A stretch of DNA of 64,000 nucleotides from Hydrurus foetidus. Lineage: Eukaryota. Positions 1 to 12,081 of the stretch are shown one piece after another; the stretch's first letter is position 1; the number at the start of each line of letters is the position of its first letter. Where the stretch lies: contig UYFQ01000539.1 in assembly GCA_900617105.1 (NCBI GenBank), positions 1 to 64,000 of the forward strand, read 5' to 3'. The position numbers and the translations under genes were made by a program. The notes below the pieces were generated by a model, which did no database searches, was not told where the DNA came from, and saw only the letters and a list, made by a program, of their open reading frames with translations.

Positions 1-698
1 CAATGTCAAGTAGGGCGATTTCAAGAACTGGATGTAATAGTTCCGGGCACTGTCGCAGTTAGCTTCTCTACTGGAACCACCATGGCCTGTTCGATTAAGT
101 CCATAGCGACCATCATTAAGCTTCTTTCCATCAGATTTTTTGGCTGCTGTTTTCTTTTTCGGAGACCCTTTGGAAGGCTTCTGTGTGTCGGAGATATTAG
201 GGTTTAGGATAAGAACTTGTAATTGCATGAGAAATGTGCTGCAGCATATCATGCATGAATTTTTACCGCCGCTGATGTTATCGTCATCTTCGGACAGATG
301 ATATGCAGTTGCCAAACTCTGATGTCGTTGATATCACGCTTGCACTTGACTCCGATGTTGATGTGGTTAATCGAAATCGATATCTGGTTGACTTCGCGTA
401 TCGCACAGTTACCTCGACCTAGAGAACTTCTTGGTGCTTACCACCCCCTAAAAGATTCAGTAATCTCAAAAAACGGAAATGGAAATCCCATGAATTTCAC
501 TTCGTTCCCACCTCAACTTGGTATAACATCTCTACACACAATCATAGAAATAACACTGCAGCAAGATAGGGAATCATTTCAATCAAAATCTGAGTCGGCC
601 ATTATTCTCGCCGTAGTTTCTTTGCTACAGTGCAGTGCTTTATTGATAACTCAATCGACATTGTAATTTAAGCGATTTTCCTGAAAAAGTGCTACTTT

Positions 699-3600
699 TT
701 GAAGCCTTCAGTTGCAATTCTTGAAACAACGAGGGACTCCTGCTTGGAGCTTTTTGTCAAATTGGGCAAAGCATACTATCTGCTGAGGATATCTGCAGCA
801 ATCTCCAAGCAAAATAGCTTCCACTTCTCTGATACACTTCTGAGAACATGTTCGAAAGCAATTGCGATTATGGTGGTCAGATTTCGCCCTACAGCACCGG
901 TCTTTCATACTGCAGCATCTATTGCAGAAGTTCTCCAGAAGTTGGAACAAGGCAATCGATCGTCTCTGTTTGCGGATGCTGATAGCATTAAGCTTGGACT
1001 CATGAATCCTACCATTCGGAGAGCAATCATGAAGAGACATCCTAATCGGTTCACTTTCCAGAGATGCAAAAGGAAAGAAAGCACAATTGGGAGTGGTGCA
1101 AACATGTTTCAAAGTGGGTATCAGATAAAGTTCATGGAGAGTGAGACTGCAATTATCTGCGAGTCACTCGTGGACACCATTACTGCAGTGCGGGTGCTTA
1201 CCGATGAGATTTTGCAGGACTACGCAATCAGCGTTTCTCCACCGAGTGCGAAGAAATCAAGTACAAATACTGTCAGTCCTGCTGCATTAGCTCAGGCGTC
1301 AATCGCCAAAGTGTTATCAACACCGAAATCAGTACCAAAGGACGCAAGTGAAAAAAGTAGAAGGACAATTAAGATGCTTCGTGCAACACTTTCTTACATA
1401 AGGAAAAAGGAAAACAAAAGAAAGGAGGAGCCAACAATCAATGTAGAAAAAATTGCAATCGGGGAGAAGCTGACACAACTTGTTGCAGAGGCTTGAGTGT
1501 TCACAAAAATGATCAATGGGAAAGAAACATTGTCGATACTTACGGGCTTACTCATTCAAGACTTAAGATCTAACTGTGGTTGCTCGCTAACTAAAATGCC
1601 CATAATAATCTCCACTGTACTTACTCTGTTCTTCGGTCCTGTGGACGTTGAATCCTTCACCAGTCTTTTACGGTCTAGTGATACCTACTCACTCGCCAGT
1701 GAGAGGACAGCTGAACTAGTGATTTATAACGGGAAAAGGAGATTCATAGATCGATTAGCTGAAGATGCAATTCTAAATGCATATTTAATACTCGATGCTT
1801 CAAATAAAAAAAACAAAGGATTGGTAGCAAAACTAAAAACTATGTTTCAAATGATGGAGTGGTAAGGTTAGGATCTTTGCAGATTGATAACACAGGTTAG
1901 TAGGACAGACGCCTATTCGCATATATATCAATTCACAAATGTTTGATTTCATTTTATTTAACATGGTGTTCACATGAATGTCAATGTAACAGTCACGAAG
2001 AAGGCTGCAGGGAGCTCACTACTTACCATAGAGAGTTTACAACAGGAGCTAGGCGATGGAGTTGTCTTCATCTTCGGTGGAATTACCGACGCATTTGGAG
2101 CTGCACAAGATGAAATGATATCGGTAATGAGATACATCGATAATCATGCGAAGGTGGTAAGCGAAAAAGTACCCGGTATACTGATTAGAAAAAGCAAGAT
2201 TGACGGACTATTTTATGATCACCCTGGTACTATTAGAGAGGCATGTACACGAACATGTCAGATGCACAACTTCGAACGAGTGTTGGTGAGTCTATTTGAT
2301 GTACTCATGGGTAGTCAGGGATTAAACTACGATATGACATCAGCACAAAACTTATACAGACTAAATTACTATTGGGTGAAGTTTAAGGCTATGGTTGAGG
2401 CATTAACTACACAGTCAGTGGGGGGAGATCCAAATTATTTCAAGAAAGCGCCGAAGGAAATACGCAATCTTATAGGTGAGATAGCAAGAACAAGATGGTT
2501 ATCAACTGAGCGCACAACAGAGAGATTGATCAGCTTATTAAGAGTAGAGGCTACTGAAGAATTTACAAATTTTATCAAGCCCTATCTAGGTAATGAAGAT
2601 TCTGACAATCGGAAAGCAGCAATGAAGTACTGTGTCTGCATTGACAGTACTCACCTATCTCAATTTATGCTCACCTTCTGGTATCTGGCGAATCATACAC
2701 CTGGTGGCAAAAAGGGAGAGGGATTAGTGGGGTGCATGAAAGTTCTTGGATTTCTGGGGAGCCCTTACCAGAGAGTTTCTATATTCATCGTTGCGTCTTT
2801 ATATCCTATCCATCTTGATTGGGTGAAATTCTCGGATAGAGTGTCTGAAATTGGTATAGCAGCAAAAGCTATTAGTACTCGATCAATCGAAAATGTTTTA
2901 TTTGAAAGACACTTCGTTAAATGCATATTGTGTCTTAGTACGGATTGGAGGAAAGTTTTACCAAATGCAAATGAATTTTTGATATCAGCAACATCTAGGG
3001 CAAAGGCATTAGGTCTTATAGATGATGAAAAAGTTATGGTGGATTACTTTGATGCGCAGATGAAATTGGGTACAGAGCCAATGATGGAAGTGACGAAAAA
3101 ATATTTCATTATTCCTGGTCTACGGATAGGATGGTCTATACTACAGGTTGTTGATCCTTATGTGGGACCTGCAGCAGCTGCTGCAATACTATGTGCATTA
3201 CGTAAGCTAGGACACATTAATGAGGACGACAGTAGCTGCTCAGATGATATACTGCTCTTACCGGACACTGACATACTTGGTGGACCCTGGACCTCATCTT
3301 CCGAAACTCATGCAGCACCTAATATTAGTATGCGAAAGTATCAGGACATGATAATAGAAGGATACACAGCCGCAACAACGACAGTGTCGCAATCAGTGGT
3401 TAAAGCGTATGCATTATCAAACACTATGATAGTTAATGAGCTTAAACTTATCGCAAAAGGAAATCTAAAACCTACACTGATAGAAAACGGGAAGTGGCCA
3501 ATTGATAGACACCTAAAGAACTACTGGAACCTATTCAAAGAGAGGCGTCCTGCATTAGAAGACACTCTTACGACAAATTTCGAATCGCGACCTATAACAG

Positions 3601-4211
3601 GAACAGCTGCAGAACAGACATTCAGTCTTGCAGGAACACAAGTAAGTGCAAATAATGCTGCATGCACTAACGCGAAAAATATGAGACATGCATCTGACAT
3701 CGAAGGCGCAATACTTAGGGACATAAAAGATTTTAGAGCAGCACACATAGAAGGCACTAGACATCGCTTATTGAGGGAGAAAAATTCAATACACGTTTAC
3801 CTATCGGAACTGGTTAAAAAGGGTGAAGCATTGGTTAGCTGTGCCATCAGAGACGGTGTCGTAGCGATTCCTACAAAAAGAGACATAAGAGGAGGAGGGG
3901 GAAAAAGTGCGGAATTAATTGCATCATAACCACATTCTATGAATGAAATGGATGCTAACGCTAGGAAGGAGTCAAGTATGGCAGGTAGTGATGCCCTGCA
4001 CAAAGCAATAATGGACTCAAGTGATGCGAAATTAAACGGATGGGATAATATGCCAGAACAAATAATTGATCCACTCATTGAGTCAGCCAGGAAACTAAAA
4101 ATAGCCGCGATAAAAGAAAAATTATTGGAGTACTACCAAAATGATGCATTACTTATCAAAGTAATAAAGAAACTCAAAAAGGTGATAATGATGTGGAGGA
4201 TTGCCTGGTGA
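699..4211 (+). pseudogene. Decayed hAT-like DDE transposase (ORF pieces 699-1496, 1497-1865, 1974-3929, 3939-4211)
   Basis: hAT-type motifs in order: LILDAS (first D), GGITDA (second D), CQMH (CxxH), RTRW, and PITGTAAEQTFS (catalytic E in a P.T...AERxFS-like context). In-frame stops at 1494 and 3927 and a disrupted stretch at about 1860-1970. Termini not identified. Confidence 0.65.
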
Positions 4212-4475
4212 AGAGAATTGTCGAGTATTGGAGGAAACAGCATTATTCCTGTTTAAATTTAATCTCACATATTCATGAATGCAGACCATAAGGTCGGTCC
4301 CAGTGATTGACAAAATACAGAATACAAAATACAAATTCCTGTTTTGTCCACCAAATGTGAACATCTGCAGACTAACGTCAGTTAGGACGCTCGCTAAGTT
4401 CATCATTAGGTCCACGATCCTCGCAATGACCTCAGGGTCGCTAGTTGGTTCGTGCGCGTAGTCGGATGGAGAGAC

Positions 4476-4732
4476 GTCTTGGCGGGGCCTAGGACGTTGG
4501 AGCTAAAAGTGGTGGTCGGTTGATGCAAGCGGTGGGCAAGGGAAGAAAGGATAGGTGGAGTAAACTTGTGTTAGTATTTTACAGTTGAGTATCTACAAGT
4601 GATGTGTACGCTAAAGTGCATTCACGTCATATGTGGAACTAAGACCTAAAAGTGGAATCTGGGCGTAATATACCTATTGTACCTAGTTAACCTAGACACA
4701 TTGTATCCCCTTAGGAATGCAATAAGGCTACA
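4476..4732 (-). repeat. Gypsy 3' LTR (257 bp; lacks the terminal 4 nt and one G of the 5' LTR)
   Basis: Direct repeat of 9938-10199. Confidence 0.95.
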
Positions 4733-4752
4733 CTACCCCTTCTTCCTTTTTT
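4733..4752 (-). promoter_or_regulatory. Gypsy polypurine tract
   Basis: Minus strand reads AAAAAAGGAAGAAGGGGTAG directly before the TGTAGCC start of the 3' LTR. Confidence 0.85.
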
Positions 4753-4930
4753 GAAGATCTTTGATATGATATACAAAAAAAAATGAAAAAAAGAAAGATA
4801 TGTAAAACATATATATGAGATATAGATGAAACGATGATGTCAGACTTTTACTGACTAAACTCTCAAAAAAAGACCCGTAGGTAAAAAAATAGGAGAGAAT
4901 CCTCATGGATAAAGTTTCAAATATATTAAG

Positions 4931-7900
4931 TCATCTATGTTGCTTATTGATTAATTTAGTCATGTTATTATGACGTAAATAATCATGAAGTTTATCAACA
5001 TCACGAAGACTTGAATAAGGTTCCCAAGTGTTTTTGTCTGAAGGGTAATTTAACCATTTGACTAAAAACTCTATGTGGGTACGTTGGTGTTTGCCACGAT
5101 GATCAAGAATGTCTTCAACAAAGTATTCCATGTGATCACGTCGTGCAACATCCAACGGATTTGTGATTGAAGGGTCAAATAGAAAAGGTTTCATTGCAGA
5201 AACATGAAACTCTGAAGTTTTCTGAGTGACTAAATCATAAAGTGTGTAACGCGAATTTTCGCCACTAACGACTTTTAATGGGCCTCTCCAATGCGTGTGA
5301 AGACGTGAAGGAGGGATCCATCGCGATAGTGCACTAAGACATAAGAGTCTTTTGGATAATCTACATGCTGAAAAACTTGAGACTGACTTTGATGAAGCAA
5401 ATCTGTGCGAAGAAGTTCTTTAGCAGAAGCTTTAAGAAGACTGTCTTGCGTTTTGAGTAGATTGCTCATACGCTTTGACAAAGGTTTGTCATCAGTAACA
5501 TTTCGCTCAGCAGGAGGTAAAAAATACCTCTATCGAGTTTGAGTACATTTCCGAAAAGAAGTTGAGAAGATGATATTTTTAAACGATCACTGTGATTCGA
5601 ATTTAAAATTCGTTGCACAAATGGAAGTGACGTTTTATAATCTTCTAGTGTGACATTATCGAATGTTAATGCACGAAGATGTCTATTAACTTCTTTATTC
5701 ATGCGCTCAACAATAGCATTTTCTTCTTTAGAATATGCTAAAGTAAGACAATGTTGAGTGCCAATAAGAGTTAGAAACTCTCTAATAACTTCGGAAATGA
5801 AGTGTGGCCCATTATCAGAACGGAGTTGGAGAGGTGCGCCGAAACGACCGAAGTGTTGCAAGAGGCATTTAGCTGTTGAAAGTGCTGTAGCATCTTCTGT
5901 ATGAAACAGTTCAACCCATCTTGTGAACGTATCGATAATTACGAGTACGTACCCGCCGTCTGGGAACGGTCCTATGAAGTCTATGTTAAGGCATTCCATA
6001 GGTGTGTAAGTAGAAGTTGAGAAACCATGAGCATGTATTGGTATCTTTAACATACTCATTTTCTGACAACACGAACAGTGATCTATGAACCACCTGACGT
6101 GCTGACGCATATATTGCCATACTATTTTTTTTGTCAATGAGACGCTTTAAAGTGCGCTCAAGGCCAAAATGCCCAACTTGTGAATTGTGTACTTTACTGA
6201 TTGTATTGTACTGATCACGTGTTAGTTTGAATTTTTCAATAGTATTAGCAGACATGATTGCATCAGGAGTATATTCCTGAGGGAAATCAACCATGTTATT
6301 GCGACAGAGTCGAGACATCGAATCAGCTATATCATTGTTAGCACCAGGTATATATTCAATTTTAAATGAATATTCGGATAAGGCCATAAACCACCGAACA
6401 ATCATTGGATTTGAATTATCCTTGATGTATAACAAGTTACGATGATCTGTACGCAATGTGAACGTACGATCACGTAATAGCGATTTTAAATACGTGCACG
6501 AATAAAAGATAGCATATGCTTCTTTTTGTATAACAGCCCAACGAAGCTGAGCTTTGTTAAGTGATTTACTGACAAATGCTATGGGCGTCTCTTGACCGTC
6601 AACTAGCTGGAAAAGATAGGCACCTACACCATAGTCCGATGCATCAGTGTGCAAGTAAATCGGATCGGTGTCACTTAAAAAGTGCATAGTCGTGCATTTT
6701 GAAATCTCGGATTTGATCAAATTGAATGCTCTGAGAGATTCTATTGTCCAAGTTATTTTCTTATACTTATTATAGTTAAGAAGCAACTGATGTAACGGGT
6801 ATACAACAGTAGAAGCGTTTCTAACAAAGTCGTGAAAATAATTAACCAATCCTAAAAACTTTTGAGTTGTTTAGATAGTACTGGTTTAGGAAAATCTAAG
6901 ACAGTCCGTATTTTTTCTTGTGACATTCTAAGTCCATCTGCAGATAGAACTTTGCCAACATAATCTATTTCGGCATAGCCTAGATAACACTTATTCGGTT
7001 TAAGGAATATTTTGTGTTTTCTAAAACGTTCAAAAACAAGACGAAGTCTAGAAATGAGTTCGTCAATGTCTTTACCGAAAACATTGCAATCATCTATGTA
7101 CATTTCGCATATAGAGTATATCAGCCCTGCTAACACAACAGTCGTCATAATCTGTTGGAAATAGGAGGGTGCTTGTTTTGGCCCAAAGGGTAAACGAGTG
7201 AATTGATATACTCCGCAGAATAGTATGAATGCAGTATAAGCACGTGCAGCGAGTGTAAGTGGTGCTTGATGGTAACCTTGAGTGAGGTCAAGTACAGCAA
7301 ACACTTTTGCTTTATGTGCACCTATTCGACGCAACATCTCACCGATGTGTGGAATAGGATGTGATTTATCTTCGGTACAATTGTTGAGATTCCGAAAATC
7401 AATACACATGCGCTTAGTCCCATCAGATTTAGGAACTAGTAAAACTTGGCTATAATAAGCCGCGTTTGATTTTTCAACAATATTTTGTTTTTCAAGTTTT
7501 TAATTTGACTAAGAATGTCAGCTTGATCAACTGTTGATTTAGACCATGGAGGTTGTCTATTTTTAGAGACTCTCCATTGGTCGTCATTGACATGAAAGTC
7601 AAAGGGTGGAATATTAGCAGGAGTGGCCGAAAGTTCACTGCTAAATATATCCTTGAATTCGTGTACTAGTAATCGAAGTTTATTTTTCTGATCTTCATCA
7701 CCTGCTAAGTTTATTAGCGAGAGTGGGTCAGTATCAGGAAATTCATCTATCCAAGGTGAAAACGAGTCCTTGATCGAGTCGTCGATTTCGTCCTCATCAG
7801 GGGGCACAGCCTCAAAAAGTCTTTCAGACTCTTGTATTAGTGAAGCTAGAATAACATGTGTTTGGGTTACTGCCGGTTTCACCTTTTGGGTTAAAGGATC

Positions 7901-8407
7901 GACCTTTGGGGAGCCATCAGAGGGTTGCAACTTCTCCTTAGGCTGACAGCCACACGTTATATCCACTTGTTCAGAAGATAAAACTTCCGCTAATGAGGTA
8001 GTGTTTGATGAAGCATTGGCAGATATTTGATCGGGGAAACGTGAAAATAAATTCAATTCGCGAATTGTTTTTCGTCCCACTATTAGATCAAATTTCGAAT
8101 CGTCTAAAACATAAGCCGTGATTTGAAAAGTATAATAATTATTTAAATCAGGGCAAAAATAAGAAAGAGTTAAGTCTATAGTGTCAGAAATATCATAACA
8201 ATGATTATCTAATCCACTACAAACTTTACACAATTTCTTTGAAGAGTTAGATACGAATTGTGTGAAATTATGATTAATTATGATGCGGCGATGTATAAAG
8301 TTGCCAGCAAAAGAGCCGGTGTCCAGGAGAGTAAAGACTCTATTACTTTTTCCAGCATAACCTCCTGTGAGAGGGAGATACGAAGAAAGGAATAAGTTCT
8401 GGATCAT
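4931..8407 (-). CDS. pol: Gypsy Pol (PR-RT-RNase H-IN-chromodomain), split by single-base frameshifts
   Basis: ORF pieces 7436-8407, 6852-7409, 5986-6849, 5466-6137, 5275-5481 and 4931-5194 carry the canonical motifs. The breaks fall in homopolymer runs. Confidence 0.92.
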
Positions 8408-9835
8408 CGGAAAGAATAGATGATGAATTTAGGTTGCATAGTTGCTCACCTTTGTGTTTCTTCGCAGCGTTTGTCGAGTCTGCTGTTGATGTAGCAGGTT
8501 TTGACGAAGAGGAAGAAGAAGAGGAAGACGATGAAGAAGAGGTCGATGTCTTAGGTAAAGTTGGAATAAACTTAGCCTTTGAATCGACTTTCAACAACTG
8601 CTTATGACCCTCAGAGTTGATATAGGGTGCGTCTGTACTGTTATAGTACGGAGACGTAGTGTAAAAACACGTGGCGACGAAATGGCCGAGTCTCCCACAA
8701 CCTGTGCACAGAGGTCTTTCGAATTTGTCAGACTTGTCTGATTGCACAGATTGTTCGCTCTCTCGTGGACGTTTTTGATTTTGTCATGAGAGGAACGAGG
8801 AGGAGCTTTGATTTGGCGAGAGTGATCACCATACAAAGGAGAGACATCAATGAACCGTAAGGCATCAATTGATTCTCGTAGCTTAGCAAGCTGCGCAAGC
8901 CATACGAATCGAAAGTCTTCGATTGTAATGAGTCTTGGCGTTGTATTGTTAAGACTACGCTGTAACACTGCTCTCCAATTGATAGGTTCGACAGGCAACT
9001 TATCGATTAGAATTTTGGTTGCCTGAAGTTGGAGAGCGGGTGTTGCATCAGGGAATCCATCAACAATATCAGCTAAAAGCTGATCTGTCTTGTCTTCCAC
9101 TGATTTATCCTTCAGGTCGAATTGAAGTGCGACCTGAGAGACAGTTTCAATGAAACTCAGCTTGTCAGTTCGATTGACAGCTGATGTAGGAACTGTGAGA
9201 TTGAGTTCTCTACAGAACAATTGATTCGACCAATGTTTCCAATTGTTACAGGAGTCGCGACGATCGGGATCAGTTGCAAACTTACGCTTGAGAAGCGTTG
9301 TAAACGATTGATGGTTGGAAACATGGATTACATCAACTGGTTTAAATGGAGTTCCATTTGAAAGGAGGACCTCCATTACCCGTAGTACTTCCTGACGAGA
9401 GGGCACGGCGCTCAACTTAGGAGCTCTCTCACCCGTTTGCACATAGTGCTGAGGTGGTGCCATCGAACGAGGAATCTCAGCCGAAGCTGGTGTCGCAGAC
9501 GAATCTGGTGTCGCAGCCGAAGCTGGTATCTCAGCCGAAGCTGGTGTCGCAGTCGAAACTGGTGATAACGTTAGAGCGGATAAAGCAGATAAAACAGGAG
9601 CATCAATAACAGACGAGACCGCAGGCTCCGAATTCCGCTGAGGAATCGGTGCAGACAGGTCGCCGGCGGGGTCCTGAGCCGCAGGTGGCCCAGGAGACTC
9701 GATGCTATCTCCTCCACGATTGTGGTGCTCCTCGTAACGTTGTCGGAAGGCGACGGCGACAGCTCTAGGAGGCTGTCGTTGTCGGCGAAGGGAATTGATG
9801 GTGCTAATCCTCTTGTCCTGGCGTCGGAGAGCCAT
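8343..9835 (-). CDS. gag: Gypsy Gag with CCHC zinc knuckle (one frameshift near 8775)
   Basis: ORFs 8591-9835 and 8343-8747. Knuckle CTGCGRLGHFVATC. Lies between the 5' LTR and the protease. Confidence 0.85.
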
Positions 9836-9937
9836 TGTCTTCGACTGTCGGAATTACGTGATGGATTAAAAATTGATGGAGCGGAGAAACGAACTTCTCT
9901 CGACGAAAAAACTTTGGTATCGACCAAATATCGATAT

Positions 9938-10199
9938 TGTGGTCTTGGGCGGGGCCTAGGACGTTGGAGCTAAAAGTGGTGGTCGGTTGATGCAAGCGGT
10001 GGGCAAGGGAAGAAAGGATAGGTGGAGTAAACTTGTGTTAGTATTTTACAGTTGAGTATCTACAAGTGATGTGTACGCTAAAGTGCATTCACGTCATATG
10101 TGGAACTAAGACCTAAAAGTGGAATCTGGGCGTAATATACCTATTGTACCTAGTTAACCTAGACACATTGTATCCCCTTAGGAATGCAATAAGGCTACA
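9938..10199 (-). repeat. Gypsy 5' LTR (262 bp, TG...CA)
   Basis: TGT...ACA termini; repeat of 4476-4732. Confidence 0.95.
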
Positions 10200-10388
10200 C
10201 CACGACTGAGCGAAGCGTTGAGGAGTGTCACATTCGCTCCTATGGGAGACTCTGTCGTACTGGAGCTTCCTCGATATCTCGTCGAGGTCGCACTCGCTGC
10301 CCATGGTGATCGTCTGCCCAAGGTTGATGTGATACTGTGCTAAGAACTACCGTTCTACCCAGTCTCCTAACAATCAGTGCGCGCGATC

Positions 10389-10601
10389 ATGATCGGTGCC
10401 CTTGGAAGCTCTTGCATCCTTTGCAACAGTCCCATAGAGTCCGTAAGCATCCAAGTCAGGTCCCCTGACGAGCCAGAGACGGTCATCAAGTCCTGCAAGA
10501 GATGCGGAACAGTAGGGGAGCTGTGTACCATTGTAGTGGAGGCAAAATACAAAAAAAAAATATTTTGTATTTTGTCAATTACTAGGATCTGTCTAACGTA
10601 G
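10389..10601 (+). CDS. Small ORF with TFIIS/RPA12/RPC11-type C-terminal zinc ribbon
   Basis: CILC...SIQVRSPDEPETVIKSCKRC matches the CxxC...QxRSxDEPxT...CxxC pattern. The frame runs into the right TIR, so the native stop is probably lost. Confidence 0.6.
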   Translation: MIGALGSSCILCNSPIESVSIQVRSPDEPETVIKSCKRCGTVGELCTIVVEAKYKKKIFCILSITRICLT

Positions 10602-12081
10602 TAAGAAACGACGTAAATATACGAGCTTCACAAGGTGCTGAATAATAATACAAAGTGTCTAGCAAGTAGCGTAAAAAAATTGCAATCCATCTCTTACTTC
10701 ATCTCTTACACCTATCCACTCTGCCACAGCATAATGCATCGCTCACATTTAAAGGTGACGAGCTGCCAGTGCTTATTGTTTGTGCACTTGCAGCTCGCCA
10801 CCCATTCGCTCTGCCACAGCTTCAATTTAGGTGGCGAGCTGCCAGTGCTTACTGCTCCTGCACTTGCAGCTCGCCAACCTCACTTTCAACCACTATCCAG
10901 TAGCTCATCATCATGTCGAAAATTTTTGGGGGAGGGATTTTAGATTTGCAAGAGTTTGGGGGGAAAAGAAATAAGAGAAAACACTGCAAATGACTACGCG
11001 ACATCAGGCCTCAAACGTCAAGTAATAGACAGCTGAGACGAGTTCATACAAGATGAAACATTCATGTACTTTTGAGTCGAAAATTGAGGCACGAGAGGGT
11101 CAGACGCTTTTTAATTTTACCTCTTGCAGGCAATCTGACAGTTGCTAAACCTCGTCCATAGTGCTTCTCGGCCGTCTCTTAAACCTGCTGGCCTCAATCG
11201 GAGTGTAAGAATGTTGGTGAGGAGCAGAAAAAATGAAGGCATCGCATCGACAACTGTGCTCCGCGAAATAGGCTTCAAAAGCATGAAAGTTGCAATTTTT
11301 TACATCACCATGTAAGGCAGGTCAGCCAGAGAACAGCATGCTGCTTGCCAGCTCCAGCGCCAAAGAATCCATTGTGCTGTGCCGTCAGACAGATTATTGT
11401 AGAGTAGGGAATCATGGCGTCTTCGCTAGTTTAGATGATGAGGATTCGTTGGGCGACCCTTTTTGGATGCCTGTCAAAACGACGGTTTTCCGTTTCAAAA
11501 CGGCTGAATAGTGAAAAAGCACTGTTTAACACAGGAATCACAGAATGATTCTCCAAATTTTTATCTAAGAGTACTCTGATGTCAGAAATTAAATTTTGAG
11601 TCGATTGGCTTACTCAGATTTATCAATTCGCAGTACCTCAGAAATTATCAATTATTAGAAGGGCTGGTAAGCACCAAGAACTTGGACCTTTTGTTTCCTC
11701 GGACACTCAAAAAATCTGGGTGTCCGAGGAAACATCACCTCCCTAGATAAAGGTAAAAAAGTGGTATTACGATTCCGGAATAAAATGAACCTTTCCGGAA
11801 AGCCAAATATTTTAGAATTCTCTGGGGCGGCACTCCCCACACCATACTAAATCATCAAAAACAGGAAATTAGTATGGTGTGGGGAGTGCCGCCTCAGCGA
11901 ATTCTAAAGTATCCGCCGATCCCGAAACTTTTTAGTACCGTATAGAATTTTTCCCCCTCACCCCCCACCAAAAATAAAAAGGAAATAGCATCATCCCGAA
12001 ACTACGGGCTGATGACACCAAGAAAGGTAAAATACGGTTTTGAAAAAAAATATCTTAAACCCCTTTTTTAGGTAAAAAAAC

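Larger units (their letters stand above)
4476..10199 (-). mobile_element. Ty3/Gypsy LTR retrotransposon with chromodomain integrase (chromovirus-like)
   Basis: Near-identical direct LTRs. Domain order Gag(CCHC)-PR(LLDTGS)-RT(YIDD)-RNase H(TDASDYG)-IN(HHCC, IDFIGP, SDNGP)-chromodomain. PPT next to the 3' LTR. Confidence 0.97.
4301..10584. mobile_element. Small non-autonomous TIR element (about 560 bp without the Gypsy) with hAT-like ends
   Basis: Left end CAGTGATTGACAAAATACAGAATA (4301). Reverse complement of the right end is TAGTAATTGACAAAATACAAAATA (ends 10584). CAAAATAC subterminal repeats at both ends. No matching TSD seen. Confidence 0.5.

Noticed and set aside
196..208. Telomere-like TTAGGGTTTAGG
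   Set aside because: Only two units; compatible with chance
1..340. Minus-strand coding-like frame running off the left edge
   Set aside because: Truncated by the window and interrupted upstream, with no recognisable motif
4931..8780. Multiple Gypsy frameshifts as programmed recoding or old decay
   Set aside because: The breaks near 5310, 5520, 6130, 6852, 7500 and 8775 each coincide with a homopolymer run and are fixed by one base, while the LTRs are nearly identical. This pattern is typical of long-read consensus error.
9915..9925. TGGTATC resembling a tRNA-iMet PBS
   Set aside because: On the wrong strand for the minus-oriented element and diverges after 7 nt
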